Below are positions 10,648 to 17,275 of a stretch of DNA of 32,000 nt, in pieces. Source of the stretch: an uncultured Clostridium sp. (GTDB lineage: Bacteria; Bacillota; Clostridia; TANB77; CAG-508). Positions within the stretch are counted from its first letter, which is position 1; every line of letters starts with the position of its first letter. The stretch is from positions 90,230-122,229 of the forward strand of contig CANSPP010000001.1 of the NCBI GenBank assembly GCA_947648905.1, given 5' to 3'. The notes under the pieces are model-generated. The model had not been told where the DNA came from. It did no database searches and worked only from the letters and a program-made list of their open reading frames with translations. A program made the translations under genes and the position numbers.

Positions 10648-10684
10648 TTTTTGGGACAGGCCAAAAAAGTTTTGGACATTTTTT
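10648..10684 (+). repeat. REP-like repeat copy flanking the 3' side of the Y1 transposase gene
   Basis: TTTTTGGGACAGGCCAAAAAAGTTTTGGACATTTT (core 10653-10662). It contains the small palindrome CCAAAA-AAG-TTTTGG. It would lie in the tex 5' leader if the promoter at 10714-10741 is real. Confidence 0.7.
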
Positions 10685-10713
10685 ATATTTTTAACTTGTT
10701 TGGTTACTGTCTT

Positions 10714-10741
10714 ATTATATCTTATTTTTTGCAAATTTCAA
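10714..10741 (-). promoter_or_regulatory. Candidate sigma-A promoter for tex
   Basis: On the minus strand: TTGAAA (10741-10736), 16-nt spacer, TATAAT (10719-10714). Confidence 0.45.
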
Positions 10742-10744
10742 GTT

Positions 10745-11506
10745 TTAGATTTCTTTTTTCATAATTTTTTGCATTGAATTTTTAGTCATTTCAAAATATT
10801 CTCTTATAGCTACATATTTTATACTTTTATTATTTTTTAAATATTCTATTAGTTCTTTTAAAATTTGTTTGTTACTAAAAATTTCATATAATTTGCATTC
10901 TTTAATTCTTACAAATTCTTGTATTGATAACAAAATCTTCTCTTTGATGTCATTATCTACATCTAAAAAAGTTATGTTATACTCTATATTTTTGCATATA
11001 TTTTCGTAGTCTTCTTTTGATAATTCTTCTATGAATTTATTTTGAATTAAACTTCTGCAAAAATAGTTGTATGATGAATACTTATAATCTTTACAATTGT
11101 CTACTATTTTCGCTTTTACTGGATTAAAATGAATATACTTAATACATTGAATTAAATATCTTTTTGTTGTAATTGGTTCACTCAGAAATCTATCTCTATA
11201 AACGTGACCAACACGTCCTTCTTCCATATAATTATAATACGCTGCATAACTAAAATTTATTTGATGCATAAATTTTGATAATTCTTCAATTTTTTCTACT
11301 TTGATTAGAAAATGTGCATGGTTGTTCATAATACAAAATGCTATTATTTTAATTTGATATTTTCCTAAATATTTTTTTATTATTTCTATGTATTTTTTTA
11401 TATTTTTTTTCTTTTGAAATATATATTCCTTTCTATGTCCCTGTATTATAACATGAAAAAAGGAACTATTTAAATTATCTCTTGCAATTCTTGGAATTGT
11501 AATCAT
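10745..11506 (-). CDS. Y1 HUH tyrosine transposase of the IS200-like / REP-associated (RayT-like) type, with a C-terminal helical extension
   Basis: FFHVIIQGHRKEYIF (YHV..RG block). HUH motif MNNHAHFLI (plus-strand 11312-11320). RDRFLSEP. Catalytic Tyr block KYIHFNPVKAKIV (Tyr codon about 11135-11137). KYSSYNYF. At 253 aa it is longer than typical IS200 TnpA, as I recall it (about 130-150 aa). GGAG abuts the ATG, so initiation context is poor. Confidence 0.8.
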   Translation of the reverse strand: MITIPRIARDNLNSSFFHVIIQGHRKEYIFQKKKNIKKYIEIIKKYLGKYQIKIIAFCIMNNHAHFLIKVEKIEELSKFMHQINFSYAAYYNYMEEGRVGHVYRDRFLSEPITTKRYLIQCIKYIHFNPVKAKIVDNCKDYKYSSYNYFCRSLIQNKFIEELSKEDYENICKNIEYNITFLDVDNDIKEKILLSIQEFVRIKECKLYEIFSNKQILKELIEYLKNNKSIKYVAIREYFEMTKNSMQKIMKKEI

Positions 11507-11540
11507 CTCCTTTTTTATTTAGCCCCTATTTTTATATTTT

Positions 11541-11573
11541 TATCCAAAACTTTTTTGCATGTCCCAAAACGTC
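11541..11573 (-). repeat. REP-like repeat copy flanking the 5' side of the Y1 transposase gene, inverted relative to 10648-10684
   Basis: The reverse complement reads GACGTTTTGGGACATGCAAAAAAGTTTTGGATA. It matches the 10648-10684 copy except for GGCC versus TGC and one C/T change. It abuts the stop codon of the HTH gene. Confidence 0.7.
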
Positions 11574-11812
11574 TATTTTATTTTATTTGGAATATAGTCT
11601 ATAATATCTGTTATTGTGCATTCCAAATAGTCACATAATCTTGCTATCACAAATATATCAAACCTCACTAATTCCCCTGTTATTATACGTTTTAAAACTT
11701 TAAAATCTGTATTTGTATCTCTCATCAACTTATTTATGCTGATTTTCCTATCTTTCAATAAATCTTCTAACTTAAATAGATATACTCCCTTTTCTATATT
11801 TACCCTAATCAT
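11573..11812 (-). CDS. Small XRE/YozG-like helix-turn-helix transcriptional regulator
   Basis: 79 aa. LEDLLKDRKISINKLMRDTNTDFKVLKRIITGE...IARLCDYLECTITDIIDY fits the short HTH family usually paired with a small membrane protein. SD GGAGA lies 6 nt upstream of the ATG. Confidence 0.8.
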   Translation of the reverse strand: MIRVNIEKGVYLFKLEDLLKDRKISINKLMRDTNTDFKVLKRIITGELVRFDIFVIARLCDYLECTITDIIDYIPNKIK

Positions 11813-11860
11813 ATTTTATCTCCTAAAAATATAAATAAATTATATATTTTTATTGGATAC

Positions 11861-11889
11861 TTGACTATTGGTTATATAACCAGTATAAT
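11861..11889 (+). promoter_or_regulatory. Consensus promoter with an embedded palindromic operator, driving the small membrane-protein gene
   Basis: TTGACT (11861-11866), 17-nt spacer, TATAAT (11884-11889). The spacer contains the perfect 14-bp palindrome TGGTTATATAACCA (11869-11882). Confidence 0.6.
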
Positions 11890-11953
11890 AACTATAGCAT
11901 TAATTATATTTGCTTATTTTATTAATTTTTTACAAATGAAAGGGGGATTCACA

Positions 11954-12265
11954 ATGAATGAAGATAAAGCTTTTAGCAATGCTAAATGGTTTGCTATAGG
12001 ATTACTTGTTTTGGCTATAATTGTTTTAATTTTTAATTTTGTAGCTTCTCCAAGTCAAAATATTATTAAAATTGTATCATACAGCATTCAAATTATTCTG
12101 TTGTTAGCAACTGCTATTGGATGTGGCAAAAAAATGATATATGGTCCTGTTTGTGGAATTGTTGTTTCTATTTTGTTAATAATTTCACTTGACATAATTT
12201 CTTTGATTTTTGGTATACTTTATTTAATTGATTGTATAAAATTAGTTAAATTTATAAAAAATTAA
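11954..12265 (+). CDS. Small integral membrane protein (about 4 TM helices), divergent partner of the HTH regulator
   Basis: SD AGGGGG (11941-11946) lies 7 nt upstream of the ATG at 11954. The track's TTG at 11861 coincides with the -35 box, so the long form is unlikely. The sequence is hydrophobic throughout. Confidence 0.6.
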   Translation: MNEDKAFSNAKWFAIGLLVLAIIVLIFNFVASPSQNIIKIVSYSIQIILLLATAIGCGKKMIYGPVCGIVVSILLIISLDIISLIFGILYLIDCIKLVKFIKN

Positions 12266-12293
12266 AAATTTTGATTTAAATTTTTTGGTAAAT

Positions 12294-12350
12294 TTTTTGG
12301 GACAGGCCAGAAACGTCCGCTAATAAAACTTTTTTGGTCTGTCCCAAAAA
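12294..12350. repeat. REP/REPIN-like inverted doublet between the convergent membrane-protein and ABC-F genes
   Basis: TTTTTTGGGACAGGCC (core 12299-12308) and GGTCTGTCCCAAAAA (core 12336-12345) are separated by 27 nt. The spacer carries GAAACGTCC, the reverse complement of the GGACGTTTC module seen at 14012 and 19882. Confidence 0.7.
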
Positions 12351-12364
12351 TGCTCCAAAAATGT

Positions 12365-13948
12365 TTACTCAACTCCCAAGTATTCGTTATATGAAACTTC
12401 TCTATCCACAACCGTTCCATCTTCTTTAATATCAATTATTCTGTTTGCAACAGTTTGTGTTAGTTCGTGGTCATGTGATGTAAATAAGATATTTCCTATA
12501 AATTTTTTCATTCCTTCGTTTACTGATGTGATACTCTCCATATCTAGGTGGTTTGTTGGTTCATCAAAGATTAAGAAATTTGCTCCTGATAGCATCATTT
12601 TTGATAATACACATCTTACCTTTTCTCCTCCTGATAGCACTTTTACTTCTTTTAATGCTTCATCTCCAGAGAATAGCATTCTTCCTAAAAAGCTTCTTAC
12701 ATATGTTTCATCTGGGTCTTTTGAGTATTTTCTTAGCCATTCTGTTACATTTTCATCTGTTTCAAATAAATAGTTGTTGTCTTTTGGGAAGTAGTTTTGA
12801 GTAATTGTTGTTCCCCATACTAATTCTCCTTCGTCTGGTTCAATTTCTCCTGCTATTATTTGAAATAATACTGTTTTTGCAAGTTCATTATCTGCTAAAA
12901 ACGCTATTTTGTTTCCTTCTTTTACATCAAATGATATATTATCTAATAGTTTTACTCCATCAACTGTTTTTGATATATTTTTTACTTGTAGTATTTCTCT
13001 TCCTGGCTCTCTATCTGGCTTGAAGTCCACATATGGATATTTTCTATTTGATGGTTTTATTTCGTCTAACTCTATTTTTTCTAATGTTTTCTTTCTTGAT
13101 GTTGCTTGTTTTGATTTTGAAGCATTTGCACTAAATCTTGCAATAAAGTCTTGTAATTCTTTAATTTTTTCTTCTTTCTTCTTGTTTTGTTCTCTTGCTT
13201 GTTTTAAAGCTAATTGGCTTGATTCATACCAGAAATCATAATTTCCTGGATATACTTTAATCTTTCCGAAGTCAACATCAGCAATATGTGTACAAACTTT
13301 GTTTAAGAAATATCTATCGTGTGATACAACTATTACAGTATTTTCGAAATCCATTAAAAAGTCTTGCAACCAGTTAATGCTCTTTAAGTCTAAATCGTTT
13401 GTAGGTTCATCTAATAAAAGCACATCTGGATTTCCAAATAAACTTTGTGCCAATAAAACTTTTACTTTGTCCCTTGCTTCAATTTCTTTCATATATTTAT
13501 AATGATTTTCTGGAATAATTCCTAAGTCATTTAAAAGTATTGCTGCATCTGACTCTGCATTCCATCCATCTAATTCTGCAAATCTTTCTTCTAATTTTGC
13601 AGCCTTCATACCATCTTCTTCTGAAAAATCAGGTTTTGCATATATAGCTTCTTTTTCTTTCATTATGTCATATAACTCTTTATTTCCCATAATTACTGTA
13701 TCAATTACTGTATAATCTTCATAAGCAAAGTGGTCTTGTTTTAGAACTGATAGTCTTTCTCCTTTATCTATAGAAACATCACCTTTGCTTGGTTCAATCT
13801 CTCCTGATAAAACCTTTAGAAAAGTTGACTTTCCTGCTCCATTCGCTCCTATTATTCCATAGCAGTTTCCTTTTCCAAATCTTATATTTACATCTTCAAA
13901 TAAAACTCTTTTTCCAAATCTAACTGTAACATTGTTTGCACTTAACAT
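12365..13948 (-). CDS. ABC-F family ATPase (soluble, two NBDs plus linker; YbiT/YkpA-like by length and layout)
   Basis: NBD1 Walker A GANGAGKST and Walker B LLLDEPTNDLD. ABC-F linker FIARFSANASKSKQATSRKK. NBD2 signature LSGGEK and Walker B LIFDEPTNHLD. No TM segments. SD GGAGG lies 7 nt upstream of the ATG. Confidence 0.9.
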   Translation of the reverse strand: MLSANNVTVRFGKRVLFEDVNIRFGKGNCYGIIGANGAGKSTFLKVLSGEIEPSKGDVSIDKGERLSVLKQDHFAYEDYTVIDTVIMGNKELYDIMKEKEAIYAKPDFSEEDGMKAAKLEERFAELDGWNAESDAAILLNDLGIIPENHYKYMKEIEARDKVKVLLAQSLFGNPDVLLLDEPTNDLDLKSINWLQDFLMDFENTVIVVSHDRYFLNKVCTHIADVDFGKIKVYPGNYDFWYESSQLALKQAREQNKKKEEKIKELQDFIARFSANASKSKQATSRKKTLEKIELDEIKPSNRKYPYVDFKPDREPGREILQVKNISKTVDGVKLLDNISFDVKEGNKIAFLADNELAKTVLFQIIAGEIEPDEGELVWGTTITQNYFPKDNNYLFETDENVTEWLRKYSKDPDETYVRSFLGRMLFSGDEALKEVKVLSGGEKVRCVLSKMMLSGANFLIFDEPTNHLDMESITSVNEGMKKFIGNILFTSHDHELTQTVANRIIDIKEDGTVVDREVSYNEYLGVE

Positions 13949-13972
13949 TACTCTTCCTCCTTAACTTTTGGT

Positions 13973-14001
13973 ATTATACACTATTTTTCCTTATTTTTCA
14001 A
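13973..14001 (-). promoter_or_regulatory. Sigma-A promoter for the ABC-F gene
   Basis: On the minus strand: TTGAAA (14001-13996), 17-nt spacer, TATAAT (13978-13973). Confidence 0.5.
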
Positions 14002-14040
14002 GTGTCCAATTGGGGACGTTTCTTTCTTGGACATTTTTAA
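14002..14040. repeat. Composite repeat-family module (TGTCCAA / GGGGACGTTTC / TTGGACA hairpin)
   Basis: TGTCCAA (14004-14010) and TTGGACA (14028-14034) are inverted and enclose GGGGACGTTTC (14012-22). The TTGGACATTTTT tail matches the 10648-10684 copy. Confidence 0.5.
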
Positions 14041-14085
14041 TGGAGGCTTTTGAGTGACAAATCAAAAAATATTTATAAGTGGTGC

Positions 14086-14106
14086 ATTTTAGGTCTGTCC
14101 CAAAAA
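14086..14106 (-). repeat. Single REP-like copy in the ABC-F/capA divergent spacer
   Basis: ATTTTAGGTCTGTCCCA (core 14092-14101) is identical over 17 nt to the copy at 8412-8428. Confidence 0.65.
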
Positions 14107-14170
14107 ATCTTACTTGAATTTTGTCGAATTTTGTGATATTTTGTTATTATAAAAAATGGGGTGATTTATT

Positions 14171-15472
14171 TTGAGAAGAAATACTAGAAATCGAAATAAA
14201 AGAAACAAGCAAAAGCAAGATATTGACCACAAAGCAGCACGAAAAGAATTAAGTGTTATAATTATTGTTTTATTTGTTTTGCTTATTATTGTTAGCACAT
14301 TTTATTTTTTCAAAAATACTGGTATATACAAAAAAATAATTGAAACTTCTAGGCAAGAAATTGAAAACGAGAAACGTTTAGAAGAACAAGCTAGAGAAAA
14401 TAAAGAAAAGGAAAATGCTACAGAGGAGACGGATACGACTTTTACTTTGACTGCAATTGGAGATGTAATGTGCCATGACACTCAATTTAGAGATGCTTAC
14501 AATGCAGATACGAAGGAATATGATTTTTCTTATGTTTTTGATGAAATAAAGTTTTATACCCAAACAGCTGATATAGCTGTTGGAAGTTTAGAAACTTCTT
14601 TTGCTGGCCAAGAACGTGGATATAGCAATTATCCATCTTTTAATACTCCTGACGCATTAGCTTATTCTTTAAAGGATATTGGTATTGATGTTCTTTCTAC
14701 TGCTGGTAATCATTGTTTAGATATGGGATTTAGCGGTTTGTCTAGAACTATTGATGTTTTAGATGATGCTGATATATCTCATCTTGGTACTTACAAAACT
14801 CAAGAAGAACAAGACCAAGTTTTATTTAAATATGTAAAAGGTGTAAAAATTGCATTTATTAATTATACTTATGGAACCAACGGAATTTCTGTTCCAAAAG
14901 ATAAAGATTTCTGTGTTAATTTAATTGATAGAGATTTAATTAAAAAACATATAGAAACTGCAAAAAGCCAAAATGCTGATATGATAGTTGCTTGTATGCA
15001 TTGGGGTACTGAATATAGAACAACTGCAAATAAAGAGCAAGAAGAATTAGCTGATTTTCTATTCCAAAATGGAGTTGATATTATTTTAGGAAATCATCCT
15101 CACGTTTTGGAACCTATGGAAAAAAGAACTGTTACTTTAGAAGATGGCACTACTAAAGAGTGTTTTGTAATCTATGCTTTAGGTAATTTTATATGTGACC
15201 AAAGGCTAGATAACACTAGAAATTCTATTATTTTGAATTTAACTATAACAAAACATCTTGATGGAAAAATTAGTATTGATAATGCAAAATATGTTCCTAT
15301 TTATATGTATAATGATGCAAGTAAAAAAGTTAAAGGTATGAAATTGATTGATATTAATAAAGCAATTGAAACTTATGATGCAATGCAAGAAGGTGCTGTT
15401 GATACAAATCTATATAATTTGCTAAAAACTCAACTAAATAAAATTGTTAGTATTGTGGGAAATGGATTTTAA
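14171..15472 (+). CDS. CapA/YwtB-family metallophosphoesterase-like protein with an N-terminal basic tail and TM anchor
   Basis: FTLTAIGDVMCH, LETSF, STAGNHCLDMG, MHWGTEY and LGNHPHVLEP blocks typical of the CapA (PGA_cap) family. TTG start with GGGGTG 8 nt upstream. Confidence 0.8.
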   Translation: MRRNTRNRNKRNKQKQDIDHKAARKELSVIIIVLFVLLIIVSTFYFFKNTGIYKKIIETSRQEIENEKRLEEQARENKEKENATEETDTTFTLTAIGDVMCHDTQFRDAYNADTKEYDFSYVFDEIKFYTQTADIAVGSLETSFAGQERGYSNYPSFNTPDALAYSLKDIGIDVLSTAGNHCLDMGFSGLSRTIDVLDDADISHLGTYKTQEEQDQVLFKYVKGVKIAFINYTYGTNGISVPKDKDFCVNLIDRDLIKKHIETAKSQNADMIVACMHWGTEYRTTANKEQEELADFLFQNGVDIILGNHPHVLEPMEKRTVTLEDGTTKECFVIYALGNFICDQRLDNTRNSIILNLTITKHLDGKISIDNAKYVPIYMYNDASKKVKGMKLIDINKAIETYDAMQEGAVDTNLYNLLKTQLNKIVSIVGNGF

Positions 15473-15475
15473 CTC

Positions 15476-15504
15476 TTGACAATCTTTGCAAAAGGTATTA
15501 TAAT
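15476..15504 (+). promoter_or_regulatory. Perfect-consensus sigma-A promoter for tRNA-Lys(CTT)
   Basis: TTGACA (15476-15481), 17-nt spacer, TATAAT (15499-15504), 24 nt upstream of the tRNA 5' end. Confidence 0.65.
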
Positions 15505-15528
15505 TTTTATTGTACCTTTTGTGTATAT

Positions 15529-15604
15529 GGGTTATTAGCTCAGTTGGTAGAGCAGCGGACTCTTAATCCGAAGGTCCGGGGTTCGACCCCCCGATGACCC
15601 ACCA
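15529..15604 (+). tRNA. tRNA-Lys (anticodon CTT), CCA encoded
   Basis: Hand-folded cloverleaf: acceptor GGGTTAT/ATGACCC, D arm GCTC..GAGC, anticodon loop CTCTTAA, T arm CGGGG-TTCGACC-CCCCG, 3' ACCA. Confidence 0.9.
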
Positions 15605-15616
15605 ATTAAATATATT

Positions 15617-15653
15617 AGAACAAGTCAAAAAGCCTTGTTCTTTTTTATTTTTT
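15617..15653 (+). terminator. Rho-independent terminator after tRNA-Lys
   Basis: AGAACAAG (15617-24) / CTTGTTCT (15634-41) stem followed by TTTTTATTTTTT. Confidence 0.6.
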
Positions 15654-15750
15654 CCTAATTCCAAAAAACGCCAAAAAATATCTTTATTTAACAAATATAG
15701 CCTTTAAGAATACAATAATAATATACACTAAATATAAAGAGGTGAAAAAT

Positions 15751-16206
15751 ATGTTAAAAAAAATCTTTAATACAGCAAAAGCAACTATAAAAGGTGGCAA
15801 GAGTAATCCAAAAATAAACGGAACTGTGACCTTTAAAGAAACAAAACAAGGTGTACTGCTAACAGCAAAAATTAATGGACTACCTAAAACACAAGGTAAA
15901 TGTGGCGGTAAATTCTTTGGTTTCCATATTCATAGTGGGTCATCTTGTACAGGAAACGCACAAGATGAATTTGCAAATAGCGGTGCACATTACAACCCTA
16001 ATGATTGCCCACATCCTTATCATGCAGGCGATTTACCACCATTATTTTCAAATAATGGCTATGCATATATGACTGTTATAACAAATAATTTTAAAGTCAA
16101 AGATATAATAGGAAAAACAGTAATTATTCATGAATCTCCAGATGACTTTACAAGTCAACCTAGTGGAAATTCTGGTAAAAAGATTGCTTGTGGTAAAATA
16201 ATATAA
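15751..16206 (+). CDS. sodC: Cu/Zn superoxide dismutase family protein, no recognisable signal peptide
   Basis: FHIH, GAHYNP, YHAGDLP and VIIHESPDD metal-ligand blocks, plus the Cys pair (SSC ... IACG). I prefer the ATG at 15751 (SD AAGAGGTG just upstream) over the GTG at 15742. Confidence 0.85.
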   Translation: MLKKIFNTAKATIKGGKSNPKINGTVTFKETKQGVLLTAKINGLPKTQGKCGGKFFGFHIHSGSSCTGNAQDEFANSGAHYNPNDCPHPYHAGDLPPLFSNNGYAYMTVITNNFKVKDIIGKTVIIHESPDDFTSQPSGNSGKKIACGKII

Positions 16207-16207
16207 A

Positions 16208-16236
16208 TTGACAAAATCTTTAAAAAGAGCTAAAAT
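16208..16236 (+). promoter_or_regulatory. Sigma-A promoter for corA
   Basis: TTGACA (16208-13), 17-nt spacer, TAAAAT (16231-36). Confidence 0.55.
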
Positions 16237-16262
16237 AATAGTATTGAATAAAATAAGGGGTG

Positions 16263-17219
16263 ATGGATTTGCTAAAAATATATAATACAAATTTAGAAAC
16301 AAATGAATTAGAAGAAATTAAAGAATTCAAAAAAGGAGCATGGATAAACTTAGTAAATCCATCGGAAAACGAAATAAAAAGACTATGTGAAAATCTAAAA
16401 ATAGAAGAAGATTTTATTCGTTATTCTTTGGACTATGAAGAAAAAGCCAGAATTGACCAAGAAGAAGACGACAACACAACGCTTTTTATAGTAGACGTAC
16501 CTATTATTGAAAGAAAAGAAGAGAGTGAAGTTTTTACAACAATGCCACTTGGTATGATAGTAGTTAGAGATGACTTTTTTGTAACAGTATCTTTAAGAAA
16601 AAATAAAATAATAGAAACATTTGAAAAAGCAAAAATAAAGAACTTTCAAACATACAAAAAAACAAGGTTTATCTTCCAAATACTATATCAAAATGCTTCA
16701 TACTACCTAACATACCTAAAACAAATTAATAGAGAAACTGAAATTGCAGAATATATATTAAAAAATTCTATGAAAAATAAGGAACTTTTGAAATTACTAA
16801 ACTTAGAAAAGAGTTTAGTATATTTCACAACATCATTAAAATCTAACGAAATAGTTATGGAAAAAACATTAAGAGGAAAAATTGTAAAACTATATGACGA
16901 AGACGAAGAAATACTAGAAGATGCTATTACAGAAAATAGACAAGCTATTGAAATGGCTCAAATATATAGTAATATTTTGAATGGAACAATGGATGCATAT
17001 GCATCTATAATTTCAAATAATCTAAATGGCGTTATGAAATTTTTAACATCAATAACAATTATTTTAGCAGTACCAACAATGATTTCAAGCTTTTGGGGTA
17101 TGAATGTTGGACTTCCATTACAAAATAGTCCATTTGGTTTTGCTGTTATGGTTGTAATCTCAATTCTTTTAACACTAGGTGTTTCTTGGTGGCTAAAGAA
17201 AAAAGATATGTTAGACTAA
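16263..17219 (+). CDS. corA: CorA-family Mg2+/Co2+ transporter
   Basis: C-terminal two TM helices with the FWGMNVGLP (GMN) signature and an acidic cytoplasmic N-domain. The exact start is ambiguous (GTG 16260, ATG 16263 or TTG 16269) relative to SD AAGGGG (16255-60). Confidence 0.85.
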   Translation: MDLLKIYNTNLETNELEEIKEFKKGAWINLVNPSENEIKRLCENLKIEEDFIRYSLDYEEKARIDQEEDDNTTLFIVDVPIIERKEESEVFTTMPLGMIVVRDDFFVTVSLRKNKIIETFEKAKIKNFQTYKKTRFIFQILYQNASYYLTYLKQINRETEIAEYILKNSMKNKELLKLLNLEKSLVYFTTSLKSNEIVMEKTLRGKIVKLYDEDEEILEDAITENRQAIEMAQIYSNILNGTMDAYASIISNNLNGVMKFLTSITIILAVPTMISSFWGMNVGLPLQNSPFGFAVMVVISILLTLGVSWWLKKKDMLD

Positions 17220-17230
17220 TTAAAAATATC

Positions 17231-17261
17231 AAAAGAGAGTAAAATAAATTTACTCTCTTTT
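17231..17261. terminator. Bidirectional terminator between convergent corA and vanW-like genes
   Basis: AAAAGAGAGTAAA(A) / (T)TTTACTCTCTTTT, 13-14 bp stem with a short loop, and A/T runs on both sides. Confidence 0.65.
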
Positions 17262-17275
17262 ATTTGGCTATATCT

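Larger units (their letters stand above)
10648..11573 (-). mobile_element. RayT-like gene plus its two inverted flanking repeats (domesticated or mobile Y1 unit)
   Basis: One Y1 transposase ORF is bracketed by inverted repeats of about 33 nt. These repeats belong to the same family as the dispersed intergenic copies. No second IS605-type tnpB ORF is present. Confidence 0.55.

Noticed and set aside
11861-11953. N-terminal extension of the small membrane protein (track start TTG 11861)
   Set aside because: That TTG is the first half of a TTGACT -35 box of a consensus promoter, so it would not be transcribed as coding sequence. A strong SD precedes the ATG at 11954.
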